A stretch of DNA of 64,000 bases from Myxococcota bacterium. Lineage in GTDB: Bacteria; Myxococcota_A; SURF-8. The notes under the pieces were generated by a model that ran no database searches, was not told the DNA's origin, and saw nothing but the letters and a program-made list of their open reading frames with translations. The number at the start of each line of letters is the position of its first letter. Positions within the stretch are counted from its first letter, which is position 1. The DNA lies in NCBI GenBank assembly GCA_965140415.1, contig OZ223209.1, positions 1,440,001 through 1,504,000 on the forward strand. Direction: 5' to 3'. Below are positions 1 to 10,431 of the stretch, piece after piece. A program made the position numbers and the translations under genes.

Positions 1-35
1 ACGCAGGCAAACCTGCGGTTTAGCCCGCGCCACCC
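1..35 (-). repeat. REP-like palindrome, GGGTGGC family (possibly cut by window edge)
   Basis: Reverse complement GGGTGGCGCGGGCTAAACCGCAGGTTTGCCTGCGT closely matches 48657-48688 (GGGTGGCATGGGCGAACCGCAGGTTGCCCATG). Confidence 0.65.
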
Positions 36-54
36 TGAAATCAACTAGTGTTTT

Positions 55-80
55 CCGGCGGGCTGACGCCTCGCCGCTAC
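55..80 (-). repeat. GTAG-type REP-like palindrome
   Basis: Reverse complement GTAG-CGGCGAGGC-GTCA-GCCCGCCGG: GTAG tetranucleotide followed by an imperfect GC-rich hairpin. Confidence 0.55.
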
Positions 81-417
81 AAGAAGACATCGCTAATAAT
101 GGATAATAACTCCATTAACCCTAAAACCAGAAAGCAGAACGGGCAGACAAAAATCCACAAGGCCCACCATCAAGGAAGGAAAAAGGATGCTACCAGCACT
201 TTTCGTTCGAATCGGGAAAGCTCCCCGGAAAGGGGAGTTGAAGACTAAAAAAAGCTAGCCAACCAGTTGTATTTACATGGGCTGGAACAACCGCTTTTCC
301 CTTGCGTTTTTCCACGAAGCACGATAGTTTACCGTCTCGTTTATTCGACTCGACGGGATCGAGTCAATGTGATTCGTGCGATTGAATAACGATGGTTGCA
401 AGCTTCGGAGAAGCGAG

Positions 418-1032
418 ATGCTGCTCGAAATCAATACGGAAAACCCACAAGTTCGGCACGTTCGCCGCGTGGTTGAAACGATTAAAAAGGGTGGGATTGT
501 GGTGTATCCGACCGATTCCACTTACGGTTTCGGCTGCGACCTGTTCAATAAACGCGCCATGGAAAAAATCCTGGCCATCAAGCGTATGCCGAAGAACAAG
601 CTGCTGTCGTTGATCTGCCCGGATCTGAAACTGGTCAGCCAGTACGGCTACGTGACCAACCAGTCCTATAAACTGATGAAGCGCTGCCTGCCGGGGCCGT
701 ATACTTTCGTATTGAAGGCCACCCAGTTGGTGCCGCGCATCATGATGACCAAACAGAAAACCATCGGTATCCGTATGCCGGAAAACCAGGTGGCGCTGGA
801 TATCGTTACCGAATTGGGACATCCGATCATCACTACGTCCGTGCGCCTGGAAAACGAAGATATCATGAGTGAACCTTATGAAATCGAGGATCGCCTGGGA
901 CATCTGGTGGATATCGTGATCGATGCCGGAATTATTCTGCCGTATCCGTCCAGCGTACTGGATCTGAGCGGCGATATGCCGATCGTCCTGCGCGAAGGAA
1001 AAGGGGATACCTCTTTCATCATCACCGAGTGA
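418..1032 (+). CDS. Sua5/YrdC/YciO family protein (threonylcarbamoyl-AMP synthase-like)
   Basis: VYPTDSTYGFGC, LPGPYTFVL, TIGIRMP, HPIITTS motifs; ATG at 418 with GGAG upstream. Confidence 0.9.
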   Translation: MLLEINTENPQVRHVRRVVETIKKGGIVVYPTDSTYGFGCDLFNKRAMEKILAIKRMPKNKLLSLICPDLKLVSQYGYVTNQSYKLMKRCLPGPYTFVLKATQLVPRIMMTKQKTIGIRMPENQVALDIVTELGHPIITTSVRLENEDIMSEPYEIEDRLGHLVDIVIDAGIILPYPSSVLDLSGDMPIVLREGKGDTSFIITE

Positions 1033-1087
1033 TCCGGCCCGTGTATGTGTTTGATCGCCAGCCTTTGAACCGAATGGTCCACCTGAC

Positions 1088-3303
<2,216 letters not shown>

Positions 3304-3519
3304 GGCAGATTCAGGTTCATAGAGGAACTATTATTCATTTCTTTCCATCGAGTTATCGAGATGTGCTATGGTCTCACGGAATGGAATTTCCAGGAGGCCG
3401 TGTGTAACTTAATGAAAACACACAGCCTTCCACGATCTTTGATCGTGTAAGACTATGGCACACATTCTTGGAATCGGTGGCTAAATATGACGAATACTTA
3501 GTCTAAGTACGCCTCAACG

Positions 3520-3556
3520 AAAACGGGCAGACCCTTTGGCCTGCCCTTTGTGTTTT
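3520..3556. terminator. Probable bidirectional terminator between convergent tgt and zinc-ribbon gene
   Basis: GGGCAG...CTGCCC stem flanked by an A-run and T-rich tail. Confidence 0.5.
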
Positions 3557-3574
3557 CCGATGGATAACGGAAGC

Positions 3575-4363
3575 TTAGTTAATTTTGGCTTCGCTGTCAT
3601 TTTCTTCAATATCGTCCGCGTCGTCTAACTCATGATAAACCAGGATGCGGCTACAGGCCGGGCAGGCCATCAGTTCGTTGCCGCGAATCAACTCGTTGAA
3701 CATCTGTGGCGGAATCGCCATGTTGCAGGTCAGGCAATGACCGTGCGCCACGCGCGAAATGGCAAGCCCTTCTTTGCGCTCGGCGATGTACTCGTATTTC
3801 AGATAGATGCTTTCATCGATATCTTCAATCATTTCATCACGCTGGTCGTACAAACCTTCCAGTTTCTCATCCAATTCTTTCAGATTGGTTTCCAATTCCT
3901 TGCGGGTCTCTTTTTGCTTTTGCAGCATGGTGGCGATGTCGCTTTCAAGCGATTTGCGATCCTCTAGAATCTGCTTGATCCGTTTTTTAATGCCAACGAT
4001 ATCTTCCTGGATTTCTTCGCTGGTCTGCTCCTGGTGCTCTACTTCGCGAACGAATGCTTCGTACTGCTTGATGTTGTCTACCGCTGTTTCCTTACTGCGT
4101 GCATTCTTCAACTTGATGTTTTCCAGATCCAGGATTCTCTGCTTGTCGGTCAATTCGCTTTCCAGTTGAGCGACCTGGTTTTCACTGTCATCCAATTGAT
4201 GCCGTTTGCTCATCAGAGCGCTTTCCAGTTTTTCCTGCTGCTCGGGAATAAGCTCCCGTTCTTCTTCCAGATCCATGATGCGATTGTCGAGCTGTTGCAA
4301 ATCGAGCAATTTCACTAACTGGATATGTGTGTAGCTTTGTTCGACGGGAGTGGTGATAGCCAT
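3575..4363 (-). CDS. Coiled-coil protein with C4-type zinc ribbon (DUF164/CT398-like)
   Basis: LxxLQxLD N-terminus, long coiled coil, C-terminal CLTC...IPPQ...CPACSRIL. Confidence 0.9.
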   Translation of the reverse strand: MAITTPVEQSYTHIQLVKLLDLQQLDNRIMDLEEERELIPEQQEKLESALMSKRHQLDDSENQVAQLESELTDKQRILDLENIKLKNARSKETAVDNIKQYEAFVREVEHQEQTSEEIQEDIVGIKKRIKQILEDRKSLESDIATMLQKQKETRKELETNLKELDEKLEGLYDQRDEMIEDIDESIYLKYEYIAERKEGLAISRVAHGHCLTCNMAIPPQMFNELIRGNELMACPACSRILVYHELDDADDIEENDSEAKIN

Positions 4364-4731
4364 ACTTCAAGCCTCCAACTTGGGGTGATCGTAACCGAGA
4401 AACCGAAAACCGTAGCGAATTCGCTCCGGAAAACCTCGTTTCGTCCTTGTCTGCATGAAATAAGGGAACGGGGACATTCCTGGACGAAAGGAAGATGAAT
4501 GGTGGTGTGTTTCAAGAAGTCGATTCATCTGAGTCATGTTGTAACGCACCGAGGGACTCGGATCAGGTCGGTTTTCATGGCGAAGGTTGTCTCGTGCATC
4601 AACAACCAGAAAGACGCCTGGGCGAGAATGCCAGGCGTCTTGCTCTTTTTCATTACATGCACACATCAAAATAACCAGGGATCGATAACCTTCCGCCATA
4701 CTTCATAACCGTCGTGATCCGGGTTGAAATA

Positions 4732-4807
4732 TGGTGGGCCCACCAGGACTTGAACCTGGGACCAACCGGTTATGAGCCGGGGGCTCTACCAACTGAGCTA
4801 TAGGCCC
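4732..4807 (-). tRNA. tRNA with CAT anticodon, most likely tRNA-Ile2 (lysidine-modified)
   Basis: 76 nt GGGCCTATAGCTCAGTTGGTAGAGC-CCCGG-CTCATAA-CCGGT...GGTTCAAGTCC...GGGCCCACCA; acceptor stem resembles Ile2 rather than Met. Confidence 0.95.
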
Positions 4808-4824
4808 ATAAAAACGGATTCCAG

Positions 4825-4852
4825 AGTATAGAGAAAAATCGATGAATTGCAA
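4825..4852 (-). promoter_or_regulatory. Sigma70-type promoter for the tRNA
   Basis: TTGCAA-16 nt-TATACT on the minus strand, ending 17 nt before the tRNA 5' end. Confidence 0.55.
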
Positions 4853-4890
4853 GAAAAATAACGTAGCACAGATGTTTCACTGTGATGTTG

Positions 4891-5574
4891 TTACTGTACC
4901 CCGTTGATATAACACCAGAATTGACTCCGGGTGCCTTGTTGCAACTCACCTTTTTCCCGTTCGTACCAATCCATTTCTTCATTCGGCTTCGGGTCTTGAG
5001 CGAGTAGGGGCTGAATCCCCATCGTATTCAGTGCCTGTTTCGTATAGCCCCGTACTCCGGGATCGGGATGACTGAGCGAGCGATTCTGCAACACCGCCTT
5101 GCCATCTGCGTAACAGCTCGGTTCTACTTCCGAAATGCGCGCCATCGCCCAGTGAATGCCCCGCTCGAAGGGCTCTTCGTACATGAAGTAGACCAGAAAG
5201 CGCGCGAATTCGGGAATCAGGATGGGGGCGCAGGCCAGAATTTCACCCATGGCCTCCGGCGCTTGATAGATTACACCGCCGGATTCGTCGTTCATGTGCC
5301 ATAACAGACGGCGCATCGCCTCCCGGATGTTTTCAATACGGTCTTTTTCCACTGCTTCTCGCGCCAGGATGCCCAGCCCTTCCACTGCCCGCCAGCGGAT
5401 TTGCAGATCCTCATCCAGCAGAAAGCGGATCATCATACCGAATTCACGTCGATCGCCACGGCTCCATTGAGCCAGACCTTCCCAGTCGCGCCGGGCAAGG
5501 AAATCGGCAATGGCCTGTTTGCGTTTGTTACGAGAACCTGCTGGAATTGCTGCTGTTTCCGTACTTCCGTTCAT
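4891..5574 (-). CDS. DVU0298-like HEAT-repeat protein
   Basis: RRLLWHMNDESGG...APEAMGEI signature and alpha-helical repeats. Confidence 0.75.
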   Translation of the reverse strand: MNGSTETAAIPAGSRNKRKQAIADFLARRDWEGLAQWSRGDRREFGMMIRFLLDEDLQIRWRAVEGLGILAREAVEKDRIENIREAMRRLLWHMNDESGGVIYQAPEAMGEILACAPILIPEFARFLVYFMYEEPFERGIHWAMARISEVEPSCYADGKAVLQNRSLSHPDPGVRGYTKQALNTMGIQPLLAQDPKPNEEMDWYEREKGELQQGTRSQFWCYINGVQ

Positions 5575-5580
5575 ATTGTA

Positions 5581-6102
5581 TCATGCTCCCGTATCGGTGG
5601 GGGTCGGTAGAGTCAGTACGCGCTGGGCCAGTTCGCGGTCGATCATGAACAGGGTGTGTCCGTCCTGGCCGAAACGCCGCAAGCGCTGGACAATGTCCCT
5701 TGCCGAGGCTTCTTCCTCGATCTGCTCGTTGATGAACCATTGCAGGAAGAAATTCGTGGCGTGATCGCCTTCCGAAAGAGCCTGCTTCGCCAGTTCGTTG
5801 ATGCGCGCGGAGACGCTGCGCTCGTGTTCCAGCGCTTCCTGAAATGCCTCCAGCGGCGATTCCCAGGAAGTCTTAGGCGCTTCGATGGCTTTCAGTGTGA
5901 CGCGCCCGTCCCGTTCGTTGACGTAATTGAAGAACTTGTCGACGTGCAGCAGTTCTTCGCGCGTCTGCACCTGCATCCAGTTGGCAAAACCGGGCAGATC
6001 GCTTTCTTCGAAGTAGGCAGCCATTGCATAGTATAAATAGGAAGAAAACAGTTCGTAATTGATCTGATCGTTGATCATGCTCTGCATTTTCTCGCTGATC
6101 AT
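5581..6102 (-). CDS. ftn: Non-heme ferritin
   Basis: INDQINYELFSSYLYYAM, EELLH, ALEHE, FLQWFINEQIEEE ferroxidase motifs; ATG 6102 with GAAAGGA RBS. Confidence 0.93.
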   Translation of the reverse strand: MISEKMQSMINDQINYELFSSYLYYAMAAYFEESDLPGFANWMQVQTREELLHVDKFFNYVNERDGRVTLKAIEAPKTSWESPLEAFQEALEHERSVSARINELAKQALSEGDHATNFFLQWFINEQIEEEASARDIVQRLRRFGQDGHTLFMIDRELAQRVLTLPTPTDTGA

Positions 6103-6166
6103 CTCATGTTTCCTTTCTCGTTTTAGAGCGGATCTTTTAGTCGGATTCACTCCAACGGCTTGACAG

Positions 6167-6622
6167 TTAATTTTCTTGCAGGACGTTCTGGTCGTATTCG
6201 ACTTCGAAGCGCAGTTTGTGACCGGCTTCGTCGTGGGCCAGAGACTTGAAAACGTTGCTCAATTCTTCGTTGTCCGTACTGGCTGCAAGATCGCTATATA
6301 ACTTGAACGCGGCTTTCTCTTTTTTCATTGCCAGAATCAACGCATCCTGGTAGCTCATGTTTTCGTGGGTTTCGACCAGTACCAGATAGTCGGCGATGCG
6401 CAGATCCGCAACCGGCTTGGCTTGTGAGGGCACCAGCTTTCCGCTCTTGATCTGCTCCAATCGCGTTTTGTGGCGTGCTTCTTCTGCCGCAAAGCCGCGA
6501 AAAACTTTTTTCAGCGCTTCGCTGCTTACCCGTTCGGCCCAATCCAGGTAAAAATCGCGGGCCTGTTCCTCTTCACCAATGGCGAAGTCCAGGATTTCTT
6601 CTAGAGAATTGAATTCTGGCAT
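6167..6622 (-). CDS. Rubrerythrin/ferritin-like di-iron protein (no rubredoxin domain)
   Basis: Duplicated AIxxE...FY...EExxH / AMxxE...LY...DExxH pattern. Confidence 0.88.
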   Translation of the reverse strand: MPEFNSLEEILDFAIGEEEQARDFYLDWAERVSSEALKKVFRGFAAEEARHKTRLEQIKSGKLVPSQAKPVADLRIADYLVLVETHENMSYQDALILAMKKEKAAFKLYSDLAASTDNEELSNVFKSLAHDEAGHKLRFEVEYDQNVLQEN

Positions 6623-6715
6623 GCGTATCTTCCTTTGCCTTGGACCGGATCCGTCCCAAGATCCGGCTACCGGTTGCCGAAAATAAATGGCCAATCGACC
6701 TGGGGACCGTTCTAC

Positions 6716-7156
6716 TCAGGGATACAGCCCTTTCTTGATCAGTGCAAGATTTTCCAATAATTCATCGTGTTTTTTCTCATCCGTCAGCAGATAGGATAGC
6801 AGGTAGCGAGCCATGGCCAGGCTGGGATCGGAAGAGCCTTCCAAGGCTTTGGAGACCGTGTCGACGATCGCTTTGGCGTTCTGTTCGATACGCATATGCA
6901 ATTCAATCGCGCCCCACACTTTTTCCAAGTCCTCGACCTGGATACTCGTTGTTGGCCGTTCCAGCGAATCGATGATCATCTGTTGTACGCGATAATGCAT
7001 GTGCGAATCGCGCTGGATGATTTCCATTACCAGCCGGATCAGGGGATGGTCGGTTTCGCTCATTACCTTGCTGGCCTGGGTGATGGTGGCGTTTTCTGCG
7101 TTCTGCCATAATTTTAATGATTGTGCCAGATTCTGTTGTTTTTGCTTTGTGTCCAT
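6716..7156 (-). CDS. Uncharacterised ferritin-like four-helix protein
   Basis: E...DSHMH...HxxxE...DEKKH spacing typical of ferritin-like di-iron ligands; AAGGAAG RBS. Confidence 0.7.
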   Translation of the reverse strand: MDTKQKQQNLAQSLKLWQNAENATITQASKVMSETDHPLIRLVMEIIQRDSHMHYRVQQMIIDSLERPTTSIQVEDLEKVWGAIELHMRIEQNAKAIVDTVSKALEGSSDPSLAMARYLLSYLLTDEKKHDELLENLALIKKGLYP

Positions 7157-7383
7157 ATCTACTTCCTTTATTTGTTTGCAATTAAAAGCTGAGTTTGTCT
7201 CTCAAGGTGCTTTTCATTGATAAAGAAGAGAATTGGCGGTGCTTTATTCCTGCTTCTGCTTTTTGTGAACAGGTTTGTTGCTCTTGATCGGTTTTATCCT
7301 TGCCAAGGTCGATGCTCCCCGCTATGCTGGCGCGTGAACGGCTGAGGGAGAAATGCACATACGCTCATTCGTACGGACGATCG

Positions 7384-8022
7384 ATGAACCCCCTGTACCC
7401 GATATTCATCAAACTTACAGACTGGCCGGTGCTGGTAATCGGTGCCGGTGACGTGGCGCGTCGCAAAATCCGAGGCTTGCTTGGACACGGGGCGCAGGTG
7501 CGTGTGGTGGCGATGCAGGCACATGAGAGTGTGCTGGAATGGGCCCAAAAATCCGAATTGCAATTGAGCCTGCGGGCGTTTGAAGATTCGGATCTCGATG
7601 GGGCGCGCTTGGTGGTGGTTGCCACCAACGATACGCCGCTAAACGAGCGCATCGCAGGGTTGTGCAATGAGCGTGGCTTGCTGCTCAATGTCGTAGACGT
7701 GCCCCACCTATGCAATTTCTACGCTCCTTCGGTTGTGGATCGTCATCCCTTCCAGATCGCCATTTCCACCAGTGGACAATCTCCGGCTCTGGCGCGGGAA
7801 ACGCGCCGTGAACTGGAAAAACAATATCCGAAAGAACTGGCCGGATACGTGGCGTTATTGGGAGAGTATCGAGAACGCGCCAAGCGTGAAGCGCCCGAAG
7901 CGGTGGGACGGGTCGGCGAAGGACTGGCGAAAAGCGAAGCCTGGGAACTCTGGCGAAATGGAAATGAAAAAGATGCGCTTGCCGTATTGGAGCGTGACTA
8001 TACAAGGTTGATTGCATCGTGA
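7384..8022 (+). CDS. Precorrin-2 dehydrogenase / sirohydrochlorin ferrochelatase (SirC/CysG N-terminal, Met8-like)
   Basis: YPIF, VLVIGAGDVARRK, NVVDxP...F...P, ISTSGQSPALA. Confidence 0.9.
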   Translation: MNPLYPIFIKLTDWPVLVIGAGDVARRKIRGLLGHGAQVRVVAMQAHESVLEWAQKSELQLSLRAFEDSDLDGARLVVVATNDTPLNERIAGLCNERGLLLNVVDVPHLCNFYAPSVVDRHPFQIAISTSGQSPALARETRRELEKQYPKELAGYVALLGEYRERAKREAPEAVGRVGEGLAKSEAWELWRNGNEKDALAVLERDYTRLIAS

Positions 8023-9566
8023 GGAGTGGCAAGGTGCCAAAAGCAAAAAAACGGGAGATCGTTGGGCATGTGGCGTTGGTGGGAGCTGGATCGGGAGATC
8101 CGGGACTGATTACGGTTCGTGGGTTGGAACTGCTCACCGACTGTGACGCGCTGGTTTACGACAACCTGATGGCCGACGAGTTTGTGGCGATTTCAGTAGC
8201 GGAAGAAAAGATCTTTGTTGGAAAATCTTCCGGTCGGCATGCCATGCCGCAGGAGGAAATCAACGCCCTGCTGGTCAAACTGGCTGAACAAGGAAAACTG
8301 GTCGTGCGCTTGAAGGGCGGGGATTCCTTTGTCTTCGGGCGTGGCGGCGAGGAGTGTCAGGCGTTGATGGAAGCGGGTATTCCCTTCGAGGTCGTGCCGG
8401 GCGTTACCGCCGGGATTGCAGGTACGGCTTATGCCGGAGTGCCGGTGACGCACCGCGAAATGTCCCGTGGCGTGACGATGATGACCGCGCACTTCGCCAA
8501 GGATCGTCAGGTGGAACTGCCCTACGAGCAACTGGCAAACTTGGGCCATACGCTGGTCTTTTATATGGTTGTCGCTTCGGTCGGGCAGGTTTGCAAAAAG
8601 TTGATCGATCATGGACTGAATCCCAAAACGCCGGCGATGGTGCTGGAGCGCGCCACGACAAGCAGCCAGCGACAGGTAGTGGCTACGGTGAAGACGATCG
8701 CAAAAAAAGCCGCAGAAGTGGGTGTACGCCCGCCTGGAATTTTGATTATCGGAGACGTCGTTTCCTTGGCCGGAAAATTGACCTGGCAGCCGGAGCGGCC
8801 ATTGTCGGGCAAAAGCGTGCTCTTTACCCGCGCGGTGGAGTCGGAATACCGGGCCATCGATCATTTGCGTGAACTGGGTGCGGAAGTACTTGATGTTCCT
8901 GTTATTTCCGCTGTTCCGCGCACACATGATCCGCAGGTGAAACACGTAATAGAGCATCTGGACGACTATGCCTGCATCGCCTTTACCAGCGCATTGGCGG
9001 TAGAAATTCTGTTGGAAGCATTGCGGGAAAGCGGCCAGGACGTGCGCCGTCTGGCGCGGCAGAAACTGGCTGCCGGTAGTCCGACCGTCGTGCGTAAGTT
9101 GTCGAAAATGGGCTTGATTGCCGATATCCGACCCGCTTTGGCAGGGCAGGGGCAACTCGTTAAGGAAATTGCCAAGGCAAATCTTCCGAAAAACGCCAAG
9201 GTGCTGCTGCCACGCTCTTCCTCTGCGGATGAAAGTATGCCGACGGCGCTGAAGAAAGCGGGGTTGACACCGGTTGTGTTGTCGGTTTACGACAGCGAAC
9301 CGCTGAATCTGAACTGGTTGGATGTCAAGCTGGCCAACTGGCGCCCCGATGCCGTCGTGTTCTTGTCGAGTACCTGTGTTTCAACGATTATGGAAGCTGC
9401 GCCTGCTCTTGCGGAGACCGATCCGAAACCCATCTGGGCTTGTGCAGGCAAGAAGACCGCTGCCAGCTTGCAGAATTTCGGAGTAACGGCAGACGTTGTG
9501 CCTGAAAGTCCCGATGTAAATGCCATGATCGAGAATGTAATCGGGCGACTGATGCCGAAGGATTGA
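8019..9566 (+). CDS. cobA: Uroporphyrinogen-III C-methyltransferase / uroporphyrinogen-III synthase fusion (CobA-HemD)
   Basis: LVGAGSGDPGLIT, VRLKGGD, VPGVTA, then PLSGK.VLFTR HemD domain; start may be GTG 8034. Confidence 0.92.
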   Translation: MRSGKVPKAKKREIVGHVALVGAGSGDPGLITVRGLELLTDCDALVYDNLMADEFVAISVAEEKIFVGKSSGRHAMPQEEINALLVKLAEQGKLVVRLKGGDSFVFGRGGEECQALMEAGIPFEVVPGVTAGIAGTAYAGVPVTHREMSRGVTMMTAHFAKDRQVELPYEQLANLGHTLVFYMVVASVGQVCKKLIDHGLNPKTPAMVLERATTSSQRQVVATVKTIAKKAAEVGVRPPGILIIGDVVSLAGKLTWQPERPLSGKSVLFTRAVESEYRAIDHLRELGAEVLDVPVISAVPRTHDPQVKHVIEHLDDYACIAFTSALAVEILLEALRESGQDVRRLARQKLAAGSPTVVRKLSKMGLIADIRPALAGQGQLVKEIAKANLPKNAKVLLPRSSSADESMPTALKKAGLTPVVLSVYDSEPLNLNWLDVKLANWRPDAVVFLSSTCVSTIMEAAPALAETDPKPIWACAGKKTAASLQNFGVTADVVPESPDVNAMIENVIGRLMPKD

Positions 9567-9631
9567 ACGAAAGTCAGCAGCAATGACTCGCAGGAATCAT
9601 AGTTAAAGGAAGTAGTTATAAGTAAAGGTTA

Positions 9632-9660
9632 TTGACAAGGCGGGATTTGTGCGGTACACC
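9632..9660 (+). promoter_or_regulatory. Candidate sigma70 promoter of dsrD
   Basis: TTGACA-17 nt-TACACC about 60 nt upstream of the dsrD start. Confidence 0.5.
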
Positions 9661-9717
9661 GAATTGCGTTAATTACATTGTCACGTTTCCGCCGACCTTA
9701 CATAAAGGAGAACAATC

Positions 9718-9951
9718 ATGGCCAATGCAGAACTCGAACAGAAAATCCACGAATGGTTCCAGGAAAAATCCAAAGGCGCCAAGAAAAAGTTCTATATGCG
9801 TGACGTGGTGGATGCGTTCAAAGAGGATTTCAAAAAGCGTGACATCCAGAAAGCTGTCAATCAGTTAACGATTCAAGACAAGGTCATGTACTGGTCCAGT
9901 GGCAGCACGACCATGTTCATGCTTCCGGAATTTTTCAAGGACGAGAACTAA
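9718..9951 (+). CDS. dsrD: Dissimilatory sulfite reductase D protein
   Basis: 77 aa; KKKFY.RD and YWSSGSTTM signature; AAGGAG RBS. Confidence 0.92.
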   Translation: MANAELEQKIHEWFQEKSKGAKKKFYMRDVVDAFKEDFKKRDIQKAVNQLTIQDKVMYWSSGSTTMFMLPEFFKDEN

Positions 9952-9986
9952 ATCCGGTATCGAGTATCGGATCGTTCCATCTTTAG

Positions 9987-10020
9987 GTGACCGCCGGATA
10001 TTTGTCCGGCGGTTGCTTTT
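9987..10020 (+). terminator. Intrinsic terminator after dsrD
   Basis: GACCGCCGGA-TATTTG-TCCGGCGGTT then GCTTTT. Confidence 0.7.
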
Positions 10021-10431
10021 AGAGGACACACTTGTTTGACATAATTAATAATTATATCAAATTATGTTAATTATTTCGTGGTTTTATGTCTTAATGCAAA
10101 TGTCAGAATCAAAAAGTTATTCGATAGGGTAGATAGGCTTTGGTTATGTGACTCATACATCTTTTTTATTGGACGGATACCTTTAAGCTATGCTAGAGCT
10201 TTCTCTGCTCAGGAATAGTCCGTTTATGGCGGCAGAGAATCGTACCTTTACATTTCAGAGTTGAATGGCGATTCATCGCTCCTGAATTGTGTGATCGAAA
10301 CGTTTCTTGTTGATGTGCTAAGCTGTATCGAAGCTGTATTATGGTTAGTGCTCTATCGATCAGGTAACAAGAAAACGATTTTTGCTCTCGTTCTGGAATT
10401 TGGTTCTATCAATCTAACCGAAGGAGGACCC

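Noticed and set aside
48-248. 66-aa ORF at the window start
   Set aside because: Overlaps REP-like repeats, has no RBS or recognisable motif; likely spurious
3456-3472. TGGCAC sigma54-like motif
   Set aside because: No GC at the required GG-N10-GC position
4364-4731. RNase P RNA or hammerhead ribozyme near the zinc-ribbon gene
   Set aside because: GAGGAAAGTCC and the 3' CGGCTTA hallmarks are absent; a GGACGAAAC is present on the minus strand but no CTGATGA core
5581-7156. Encapsulin cargo system
   Set aside because: No encapsulin shell gene in the window and no LxVGSL-type targeting peptide on the ferritin-like proteins
10035-10071. Chromosomal dif site
   Set aside because: Spacer is 7 bp rather than 6 and there is no XerC-type arm; kept only as an operator candidate
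10261-10431. 57-aa N-terminal extension of DsrA in the ORF track
   Set aside because: A strong AAGGAGG RBS precedes ATG 10432 and DsrA homology starts there
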